This document shows positions 10,212-20,000 of a stretch of 64,000 nt of DNA, piece by piece (position 1 is the stretch's first letter; each line of letters opens with the position of its first letter). Source of the DNA: a virus (taxonomy: Duplodnaviria; Caudoviricetes); the IMG/VR virus record IMGVR_UViG_3300026549_000069, positions 1 through 64,000 of that record; one strand, 5' to 3'. The notes below the pieces were generated by a model that made no database searches, had not been told where the DNA came from, and saw only the letters and a program-made list of their open reading frames with translations. The position numbers were made by a program, and so were the translations under genes.

Positions 10212-11737
10212 TTAGACAGCACGATATAAATTGGTTTTTGCAAGAACCCACACGATTGATGCTTATGAAACCGTTTACTAGGGGTGGCAATATGTTGTCG
10301 CATGGCTACGAAGCATCAAAGATTCAGAATAATTCTTTGATAAACACTGGGTTTGCTAACCTAGAACTTACACCTATTTCGCAAGATACATACATCACAG
10401 AATACAGACCAGACCTGCACCATATCATCTTAAACAAGGCGATACCGCACATCAAGGTTTATATCGACGGCGTGCCATTACCATTCACGGAAATTACACA
10501 AACAGCATCATTCCAAAAGCTGATACATTCTGCCCATGTAAGAAATCTTACTGCAAACCCGCTTGAATTTACATTGTGCGGCGAAAAAGCGACAGATGGT
10601 GCAAAGGGGGCTTTCAGTGCAATCAAGGAAGAATGGTTGTGGCGAGGGCTTGAATGGGATAAGTATCAATCTATCAACATTTGCAAGCAATTAGGTAATG
10701 TTGGTACATTGTTTATGTACGATTCAAAGGCAAATAGATACAGTGTAAAAACATACTCATACGAGGACGGTTATCAAATTGTGCCGAACTATGATGAATA
10801 TGGTGTTGAAGTCGCAAGGTCACTTGTGTATCAAGTTGACGGCATGGTTGTGATTGACACCTACGATGATAAAAGACACTACCATACTGTCCAAACTGCA
10901 AATGGCTGGGAAACACAAAGTGAACTGCATGGCTTTTCAAGATGTCCACTATTGCACAAACGTGGCAAGGTGGCATGGGAATACGCCCAAAGTTCCATTG
11001 AAATGTGGGAGTTGATGGCTAACATTAATGCCATTGCTCTAAAGCGATTCGGTACATTTGCACTTGTCCTTATCGGCTATATGGATAGCGAATCCTTTAA
11101 ACGTGATTCATCATCATTGGTCATCAATCTGTCAAGCGACACGACAAACGGCAGACAAGATGCAAAGGTTCTGGAATTTCCTGAACCACAGACAATGGAT
11201 GCTTACTTGAAAACACTAGAGGAAAAGATTTCATTGTTCAGTTCAACATCATTCATCACACCAAAGGATATTACTACAAGCAATAGTGGTGGTAATGGCA
11301 TTGCATTGGCTATGTCAAACGACTATTCATTGGCGACCCAAAGTGCTATGGATTGGCAAAAGTTTGTCAATGAAATGGTATATTTGCACCAAGAGGGACT
11401 TGACCTTGAAACGAATGGTATATATCATTATGCAGACCTGAAAATCGGTGCTAAAATCAATCCTTGGTCGCTTGAAACAAACAACACAAAGATTACAAAC
11501 TTGGCAATGGAGGCACCGTATCTGTCAACACAAACAATCATTGAGAAATGCCCAGATGCAGCACCAGATGAAATTGACCGTGTAGTTAGCGAACGCGGCG
11601 CTTTGGCTAGCAGGAATGATGCGGCAATTAATGCAAATGCACAAAAAGCACACAATATTGCAATCAATCGAAACGACACGATTATTGACAATATGACTAA
11701 AGTTGTCGATGTTCAACCAGTAAGTATTAATTCGTGA
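10208..11737 (+). CDS. Portal protein
   Basis: 509 aa directly after terL with a 4-bp overlap; SPP1-like features (TSNSGGNGIALAM, STQTIIEKCP). Confidence 0.8.
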   Translation: MIRQHDINWFLQEPTRLMLMKPFTRGGNMLSHGYEASKIQNNSLINTGFANLELTPISQDTYITEYRPDLHHIILNKAIPHIKVYIDGVPLPFTEITQTASFQKLIHSAHVRNLTANPLEFTLCGEKATDGAKGAFSAIKEEWLWRGLEWDKYQSINICKQLGNVGTLFMYDSKANRYSVKTYSYEDGYQIVPNYDEYGVEVARSLVYQVDGMVVIDTYDDKRHYHTVQTANGWETQSELHGFSRCPLLHKRGKVAWEYAQSSIEMWELMANINAIALKRFGTFALVLIGYMDSESFKRDSSSLVINLSSDTTNGRQDAKVLEFPEPQTMDAYLKTLEEKISLFSSTSFITPKDITTSNSGGNGIALAMSNDYSLATQSAMDWQKFVNEMVYLHQEGLDLETNGIYHYADLKIGAKINPWSLETNNTKITNLAMEAPYLSTQTIIEKCPDAAPDEIDRVVSERGALASRNDAAINANAQKAHNIAINRNDTIIDNMTKVVDVQPVSINS

Positions 11738-12213
11738 TGGAACAAGGGATAATCATAGATTGGGGTACAGTAATAGTAAGCATCGTAACGCTATTGCTTG
11801 GCGGTAGTATCGGATGGTTATTTACCATTCGTGCGATGCGCAGGAAAGCAGATGGCGAGGCGCAACAAGTTGTAGCCGATTCTTGGAAAAGTGTGCAAGA
11901 TGTGTACCAACAAACAATAGCAGATTTGAATGGGTATTGCGAGGACATCAGGAAAGATAGAAACCAATTGCGCGCCGACCGTGACCAGCATCGTGAGGAA
12001 AATGCACGATTAAGGGAAAAGTACATTGATATGGAAGAGCAGATTATGGAACTCAAAAAGATAGTCGCACGGCAAGGACGAAAGATAGAGGCGATAACAC
12101 CTTTCCTTTGCGGCGTTGTTGGCTGCGTTACACGTTCAAAGGTTGAGATTATGGAAGATGTTGACGTTCCTAGCGAAATTCAAAACGAACAGCAAACAGA
12201 AAGTGAGGCATGA
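11734..12213 (+). CDS. Membrane-anchored coiled-coil protein (holin/spanin-like)
   Basis: N-terminal TM (WGTVIVSIVTLLLGGSIGWLF) followed by a long coiled coil. Confidence 0.45.
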   Translation: MMEQGIIIDWGTVIVSIVTLLLGGSIGWLFTIRAMRRKADGEAQQVVADSWKSVQDVYQQTIADLNGYCEDIRKDRNQLRADRDQHREENARLREKYIDMEEQIMELKKIVARQGRKIEAITPFLCGVVGCVTRSKVEIMEDVDVPSEIQNEQQTESEA

Positions 12214-15200
12214 CTGGATTGAACGTAACATTCAAAATATACAACGGCGACAATGAGCCGTTCCATAATCTTGAACTAAAAAAGGCGACATACGATAGTG
12301 TGGTCATGTCTTTGGGGGATAAGATTAGCGGCGATGTGTATTATAAAGACAATTCGCTGTCTTGCACAATGCACGAATATATCGTGTACAATGGTGTTCA
12401 GTACAATCTTGTGAACCAACCGACAATTGTGCGGGAGGGGATGGTTAGTGACAATGGCGACTTGAAAGGAATGACAAAGTACTCGTTTGAGTTCTACCAC
12501 CCGATGCACATGTTGTCTAATTTCCCATTCACAGATGTCGCTGTAAGCAATGATGAATTGTTATATAAGTCACAGGACAAGGTATTTTCTTGGGTCGGAT
12601 ATTTACAAGACTATATAAACAAGTTAAACAAGAACCTGCAAGAAACGCAATGGATTTGCGATTTAAGCCCTTTGACGCAAGAGAGCACGTTAAAGAAATT
12701 CAGCGATGTACTTACTTTCGACAACAACACGATTGCAGACGCATTAAAGACTGCATTTGATACTTGGGGAGTTCCCTTTGTCATTGATGTTATATCAGTC
12801 ACAGATGAACGGTATGCGCAAGGAAAACGATTCTTGATACATTTTGGAGAACCGTCAAATGAAATTTACGAAAGCGAAGATGCAAAAGAGGCTAGCACAC
12901 CATTCGTGTTCAAGTTCGGGCAAGGTGTAGGATTAAAGAACAATAGTGCAACACCGAAGAACAACAAAATCATCACACGAATTGCAGGCTATGGCAGCGA
13001 AAGAAATATACCTTTCGGCTATCCGCAAATTGTTTGGGATGAAAATGGTGATGAAAGCGAATTGCAATATCCTTTGTATGATGGCATAGTTGGCGGTAGG
13101 TGGGTCAAGCTAATTAAGCATCCATTCACAAGAAACCACCTAATGCCAACAATCTATGCTGAAACTGTTGCAAGAAAGGTCAATCCAATGGATGCTCACT
13201 ACGACCCGAATACAACCATTATTGACTATCACGATGCACTAGACCAAAGCATTTATCAGCATACAATTAATCCAAATTCGCCGTCATACGAATCGCATGA
13301 ATTTGAAGATATATTTCCCGAACTGGGCGTAAAGAACATAGTTGCAGTCCAGCCTATCAATGACGATATGACTGATGCACAAGATTGGGATGATTCTGTT
13401 GATGACCAAGGGAACTACAAGCAAGGGTATTTTAAGCTGACATTGCCTGTTCTTGATTTTGACTTGTATGCCTGTGCTGCAATCACAGAGGAAATGCAAA
13501 TCAATATGCGCACTGGTGCTTGCATTGGCTGTACGTTTACAATACAAGTGGATTGGGAAGATTATAAGAAGAATTTCTACGATGCAGACAATAACTTCAG
13601 TCCAGATGGTAGCCAACGTGATTTAACAAAATATCCGAAAAGCCAAAACGGTCAGATAATTGTTATCTGCCAAAAGGACACAAACACATTTGGCACGCTG
13701 ATGCCAAACATATTCCAAAAGCCAAAAGGCACTATCGCAGGAGAATATGAAGGTGACGAGTTTGTTGTTCTTGGCATTTCTTTGCCCGAAAGTCACATTA
13801 TAAATGCGCAATATAGGCTTGATGCAGCAATGGATGAGTATATGTTGGAAAACAACGTGTACTACTTTGACTACCCGTTGAAATTTGACGAACATTTCCT
13901 TGCGACACACACCTATGTACTCAATCAAATAAAGAACAACACTATTGTCAGATTTGAGTTTAAGGGGGAAATTATACCGTTGTATGTAAAGCAAATCACA
14001 ATTAAATATGGTGAATCACCGCTACCGCAATACACAATCACCTTGACTGATGATGTTGATATTGTTCTGAATCAAATCGGTCAAGTAACAGATGATGTGA
14101 GCAAGATGCGTGTGCAAATATCATCATTGCAATCATATTGGTATCGTAGTGGTGCTGGTGGCAGTGGAACAGATAATACAAAACTATCGAAAGTTGTAGA
14201 TGATACAGCTAGCGGTGTAATAACGTTCTTGCAAGGATTGCTGGCAGGTAATTGGGTTGAGGATTCTAGTGGTGCTGCCATTCATCAAAACAATGACGGA
14301 AACTGGGTGATTGAGGCTGATTATTTCAATGTTCGTAAAAAGCTGCAAGCTAACGAGGTTGAAATAATGCACAGTTCACATATTGGCGGTCGCCTAATTG
14401 CCACCGCAGGTTCTATGGTTGTTACGAAAGTGCAATACATAGACAATTATCAAACAATAGTGTATTCAAACATTTGGAATGGCTCTTGCTATAAATGCTG
14501 GTTCAACACAACAGATAGTGATGGGAATGTTATCTACAATACATTTAAGGTTGGCGACCTAGCATATTGCGAAACTTTTAATTTAACAACAAGTAGCGAC
14601 GGATTGACAAACCACAGCACAGGCAATCACTTCTATTGGCGAAAGGTTGTAGAAACTGGCAGTGATTATATCATTCTGTCAAATGTATTTGGTGAATATG
14701 CGGCAGAAAGTGACTACCCTTATGTTGGCGACCATATTACGTTGTTAGGCAGTCAAGCATACATAGGTTCAGCAGGAACGCAACCGATAGGTGAAGGCGA
14801 ACAAGGTGTTCCAGCTGGTGTTGATTCTTACGAAATTGACACAAGCAGACAGAATGCAATTATAATGGCTGGTGCTGGTGCTGGCAATCCATATATCCGT
14901 GTTTATAAAGGGATTGATACTTTTGTCTTACCAAATCCTGTTGTGCAAATATCACCAAGCGGTTCGTGGATTACTGTAACTGACAATAACGGAAATGATG
15001 TAAAAATAACAGACCTTATTGATAGTCTGCAAGACCAAGTTGACCAAGTAAAAGAACAGGATGACAAGCAAATTGTTCTTTGGTTTGGGAACGAAACACC
15101 GACATTAAATAATGCCCCTGCTGTTAATTGGGAAACAGAGCAAATTCGGCACGAACACGCAAATGACATCTACTACAATCGTGATGCAGGATTGGCTTAT

Positions 15201-16442
15201 TCGTTTATTGAAACAATAACAGAAAATATTGCAAGCTATTCTTGGGATTTACTCACAGACCAAGACGTGTTGCGCTCGCTTGAACTTGCAGCAAAAGCGC
15301 AAGATACCGCAGATGGGAAAAGGCGTGTATTTGTTGCACGACCCACACAAGCACAGGCATACGACATTGGCGATTTGTGGGTTAATGCAACTTTCCCGAC
15401 CGAAATAAGCGATGGCGAAAGCACATTTGGCGATTCGACTGGAACTATACACACAATCGAAAATCCGCTATACAACAACGACATCCTGCGTTGTGTTGTC
15501 GCTAAAAGCGAGGGGGATGCATTTAATATTTCCCATTGGCAACCAGTACAAGAATTCACTACAAGTCGGATAGTTCAAAACTCCAACCAAATCAAACTTG
15601 AAGTACAGCAAGGGATGGAAACTACTGGTATTAACATCACAACAGGGAAGATTGAACTGAATGCAGCAAACACAGTCGTTTCAAATACATTGTCTGTAGC
15701 TAGATTGGAAACACACCCAGACACAAGCGTTGATGCTACGAATAAAGCAAAAGTTCAAATCAGTGGCAGTACAATGAACGTGTTTGGCGCGACTGGAATC
15801 ATGAACATACAATTTGGTGTTGATGATGACGGATATGCTGTATTGAAATACTACGACAATGATGGATTCCTTTTGTATGACCTTGGGCCGCACGGGATTA
15901 GAACTTTAGATATTAGTTCTGAAGGCTTTGATTACGATGATTTGTATGTGGTGACACAAGAAGGGGCAAACGACACAAGTGACACATTGGCCACACTAGG
16001 CAGGTATCATCCTAAAAAGATAGCGACAGTTGTTTCGGCCGGCACGATTGCGGATAATAATGATGCAATTGCAGCAGAGGCTAGTGGCAAATGGTTTACG
16101 ACAACAACGTATGGTGCTGAAATTTCAACAATAGTCGCTAATGGTGCTCTTGATACATCAATATTAGCAAACGGAACATATAGGTGGACAAACGAAATAT
16201 TTTCAATGTCAAACCTTGAATTATATGGTAATAGTGTCAGCGATGCAAAAGCGGATTTAATTCTTCAAACAGGAATATCACAAGCACAAGCAGATGCTTT
16301 TGATTGGGAGCTTAATACTTCGCAGTCAAATTTTGTACTAAAACGTACTATATATTGGCGAGAATATACTAACTTTGTCGATGGTGTCGAACAACCACAA
16401 CATATTACAGTATGGCAAACTGAAGAATATAATGAGAATTAA
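12210..16442 (+). CDS. Large tail/baseplate protein (central fibre-like)
   Basis: 1410 aa, acidic and beta-rich; N-terminal KIITRIAGYGS motif typical of phage tail hub proteins. Confidence 0.65.
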   Translation: MTGLNVTFKIYNGDNEPFHNLELKKATYDSVVMSLGDKISGDVYYKDNSLSCTMHEYIVYNGVQYNLVNQPTIVREGMVSDNGDLKGMTKYSFEFYHPMHMLSNFPFTDVAVSNDELLYKSQDKVFSWVGYLQDYINKLNKNLQETQWICDLSPLTQESTLKKFSDVLTFDNNTIADALKTAFDTWGVPFVIDVISVTDERYAQGKRFLIHFGEPSNEIYESEDAKEASTPFVFKFGQGVGLKNNSATPKNNKIITRIAGYGSERNIPFGYPQIVWDENGDESELQYPLYDGIVGGRWVKLIKHPFTRNHLMPTIYAETVARKVNPMDAHYDPNTTIIDYHDALDQSIYQHTINPNSPSYESHEFEDIFPELGVKNIVAVQPINDDMTDAQDWDDSVDDQGNYKQGYFKLTLPVLDFDLYACAAITEEMQINMRTGACIGCTFTIQVDWEDYKKNFYDADNNFSPDGSQRDLTKYPKSQNGQIIVICQKDTNTFGTLMPNIFQKPKGTIAGEYEGDEFVVLGISLPESHIINAQYRLDAAMDEYMLENNVYYFDYPLKFDEHFLATHTYVLNQIKNNTIVRFEFKGEIIPLYVKQITIKYGESPLPQYTITLTDDVDIVLNQIGQVTDDVSKMRVQISSLQSYWYRSGAGGSGTDNTKLSKVVDDTASGVITFLQGLLAGNWVEDSSGAAIHQNNDGNWVIEADYFNVRKKLQANEVEIMHSSHIGGRLIATAGSMVVTKVQYIDNYQTIVYSNIWNGSCYKCWFNTTDSDGNVIYNTFKVGDLAYCETFNLTTSSDGLTNHSTGNHFYWRKVVETGSDYIILSNVFGEYAAESDYPYVGDHITLLGSQAYIGSAGTQPIGEGEQGVPAGVDSYEIDTSRQNAIIMAGAGAGNPYIRVYKGIDTFVLPNPVVQISPSGSWITVTDNNGNDVKITDLIDSLQDQVDQVKEQDDKQIVLWFGNETPTLNNAPAVNWETEQIRHEHANDIYYNRDAGLAYSFIETITENIASYSWDLLTDQDVLRSLELAAKAQDTADGKRRVFVARPTQAQAYDIGDLWVNATFPTEISDGESTFGDSTGTIHTIENPLYNNDILRCVVAKSEGDAFNISHWQPVQEFTTSRIVQNSNQIKLEVQQGMETTGINITTGKIELNAANTVVSNTLSVARLETHPDTSVDATNKAKVQISGSTMNVFGATGIMNIQFGVDDDGYAVLKYYDNDGFLLYDLGPHGIRTLDISSEGFDYDDLYVVTQEGANDTSDTLATLGRYHPKKIATVVSAGTIADNNDAIAAEASGKWFTTTTYGAEISTIVANGALDTSILANGTYRWTNEIFSMSNLELYGNSVSDAKADLILQTGISQAQADAFDWELNTSQSNFVLKRTIYWREYTNFVDGVEQPQHITVWQTEEYNEN

Positions 16443-17014
16443 TGGCAATCACAGGGAACATATCATTTAGAATTAGCCAAAGTGAATCTGATAATGGGCA
16501 AGCAAAAAGTGCGATTGTTCACAATATAAGCGGAACACTAACACAAAATAAGGTTCATCAAAAGTATATGGCTGAAATCATTGCACACGCATTATCAACC
16601 ATTGGCATGGATATTGAAAATGAAAGATTTACTTATACATTCCCATTTAAACTAAACTAGGAAATGGATAATATAGAACAATTATACATACCTGATAAAG
16701 TCAAAGGCGACAAGTTGTCAGCGGTAGAATTTAATAAAGTGCCGTCAAAAATCAACGAAATCATTGATTGGCTTAACGCTTTTGATGAACATACTAGGCA
16801 ATTAATTGTAGAGGCAATTTCACCGTACAATAATATCCGCGTGATGACCACACAAGAATACCTTGCACAATCAACTTGGGACACACGCGTTATTTATGCT
16901 TGCGTTGACAATGGCGAATTGACTAGTGTGAATCTAGGGCTTTTTACGATAGCGACAAAACAAGGGCAAGCAATTGTTAAAGGTTTTCCGTATTCATTGC
17001 CTATTATTCTTTAA
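16442..17014 (+). CDS. Two small tail-associated proteins (16442..16660, 16664..17014)
   Basis: Tightly packed ORFs between the two large tail genes; KLSAVEFN resembles RVSAEEFN at the start of the next protein. Confidence 0.5.
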
Positions 17015-17035
17015 CTATATATAGTTTATTGATTT

Positions 17036-20000
17036 ATGACAAACATTAATGATTTATTAAACAAGATTGAAAACGAGGGCAAAACACCGTCAGGGCGTGT
17101 TTCCGCAGAAGAGTTCAATCGTCTTGTCACTGCTGTGGGAGAAAACCAAGGGGCTGTACATAAGGTGACGATTGACAATGTGGAGTTCACGCCAGATGAT
17201 GACGGCAATGTAACCCTTGTTATCGACCAAGGTGACATCACATACAGCCTTGTGCTAGAGTTTCAAAGCGCACCACAAGTACTACAAAGAAGTACAGATG
17301 TTAGTGTGAATGTCCGCGTCAAGTCTAGCTACAAACGTGAGGGCATAACAACACCATTATCAGAAGTCGCAAGGGTTGTCATCAAAACTAGAACAAGCAT
17401 TGATGGCGCATGGGTGAATGCTACGACTGTGGCAATAGGCACAAATTCAGAAAGCTACACTACAATCCCTTTGAAAAATTACTTGAATATTGGCACAAAT
17501 TATGTGCAATTCCAAGCAATCAGCGACAATACTAGGGATGTTGTGAATGAGTTTGAATTAAACGTTGTCAACCTTTCGCTTTCACCGAACAATGCATTTG
17601 AAAGGCCATTCACGGACACATTGACATTGAACTACTTGATTAGTGGTTCTTATCCAAAGCAAATGCAATTCCAATTTGGTAGTGGAAATGGCAGCTACTT
17701 TACCCCTGTGTTTTCGTATTTGACCGACAATAGGCTTATTGTTAATCTTGACAGTAGTTCCTATATGGAAAGCGGCCGTGATTTCCAATTTACGGATGCT
17801 GATATTCTAGAAACAATGTTGGCGGAGGGCGTACACACGGTTAAAGCGAGGTTGTATATTAGCGAAGATGTCAATACCGATTGGGTGGAAACTCAATATG
17901 TTGTCGCAGGTCAAATTCCTTATGTGTCACTGAATAACATTTCGCCTAATTTGACAAACTGGACTGATGTCCATTTCTTTAATTGGGCTACGACGCAAAA
18001 CATTGCCGTTGTGTTCAGATTAACAAATGAGGAGGATACATTGACCTATGCGACGTGGAACTTTGATGCTGCCGCAGAAACTAGCTATGATTTCTCAACC
18101 CAACTTGGCATTGAATTACAGGATGCAAGTGTTACGCAATTTTACGGCATCATGCATATTGAGGATATTAACGGCAATGCGCTAGCTGATAATGTCGTGT
18201 TTAATATTGCGAACAGTGCAGCTTTTGTCCCGACAAGTGGTGCTGACTTTATTATTACGCCAGCGAATAGAAACAATAGCGAAACAAATCCAGCTAGGGT
18301 TATAAATAATGCTACTGGAAGTGTTGTCAGTGCAACGTTCACAAACTTCGGTTTCTTGACAGACGGGTGGATGCCTGTCAACAAAGATGTGAATGCAATT
18401 TCGTCGAATGCAGAAACAATCCGAGCATTACATATTCCCAGTGGGCGAAAGTTGGATATTGATTACAATCCATTTGTTGATTTCACAAGCGGCAACAACA
18501 CTGGCTTGAATATGACTCTTGAATTTGATTACAGGACAAGCAATATCCTTGATGAAAACGACCCCATTATTCGCATTGGCACAACGGCTAATGACGGCAA
18601 TGTTTGGGGATTTGAAATGCTGCCAACAAAGGCATATATGTTGACAGAAAATGAACGCAATGTCGCTGACCAAGATGTTGATTGGGCAGAAGATACCAGA
18701 ATGCACTTGGCTGTCAATGTTATATATGGTTTGCGTAATGCTGCGTATGATGAACGAATCAATCTTATCCGAATATTCTTAAACGGTGTGATTGAGCGGG
18801 AATTTACATATAATTCGGATGACAGATTTACAGCTGCGAGTGGTGTGCATATCGTGTTTGGCAACAATACCAGCGACCTTGATATTTTTGGTGTTCGTTC
18901 TTATCGTAAGGCTTTGTCTGTTGATGATGTTATGCGTGACTATCGTTCATCATTAAGCACGTCAAATGAAAAGATTGCTTTCTTGGAGGCAAATGACATT
19001 ACAGAGGGCGGTGCGATTGATTTTGTGAAATGCCAAGGCAAATACAACATAATCGGTTTTACTGGGCCGACATTGCCACAATATATCAACGGGAACAACG
19101 AAACTGTCCATGGTGACTTGTATATCAATATCGTTGGCGACCCTGACCATAGCGGCACTTTGACAAATCTTGATGTAAAAGGTCAAGGTACAACAGCTAT
19201 GACCTATTTCTTTTGGAATCAGCAATACAAGATTACAGACACAACACAACACCTAGACTTGCAAGGGAACACTAGGTCTGGAATGCTTGGCAAGGGATAT
19301 GCGATTAAAGATGGTGAGGCACTTGCAAAGAAACTTGTAGGCAAGATTAACTTTGCATCGTCAATGCAGTCACACAAACTTGGCTTGACTTGGATTTACA
19401 CAGACTTGTTCAAGCAAGTGATTTCAAATGACAATCTTCCCAGTCAAATCAAACGACAATCAAATGCACGCCTTGCGGTCTATGAAAAGCCGTTCTTGTT
19501 CTTTTGGCGCACAAGTGAAAATAGCCCGTGGGTATTCAAGAACTTAATGACATTCGGCGCTGGCAAAGGTGACAAGCCAACATTTGGTTTTAGTTCAAGT
19601 GCAACACCTGATATGATGATGGTCGAGGGTGCAGACAACGACAGACCTTTGGCTTTATTCGCCATGCCATGGAATGATGATGTCGTGTACAATACATCGT
19701 CAGAGGCTTGGATGTACAACAATCAAAAACAATTAAACTTTGGCTTTGGCTCAACGACAAAGGTTAATGGCGAGGAGGTGCCGTCAAGTGAAAATGCAAT
19801 CAATGCAATGAAAGCATTTTTTAACTTTGTCTATACGCATCATTCTGGAATTAACTATTTCAATGGCACATTTTCTGAATTAAAGCGCAGCACAAGCGTT
19901 TCCCGCAGCAAGCTGTATTGGGTAACACAGGCCGAAAATGGTTCAAATATCTATGACTTGTATAGGTATGATGCTCTTGCAGCTACTTGGGTGAATGCAG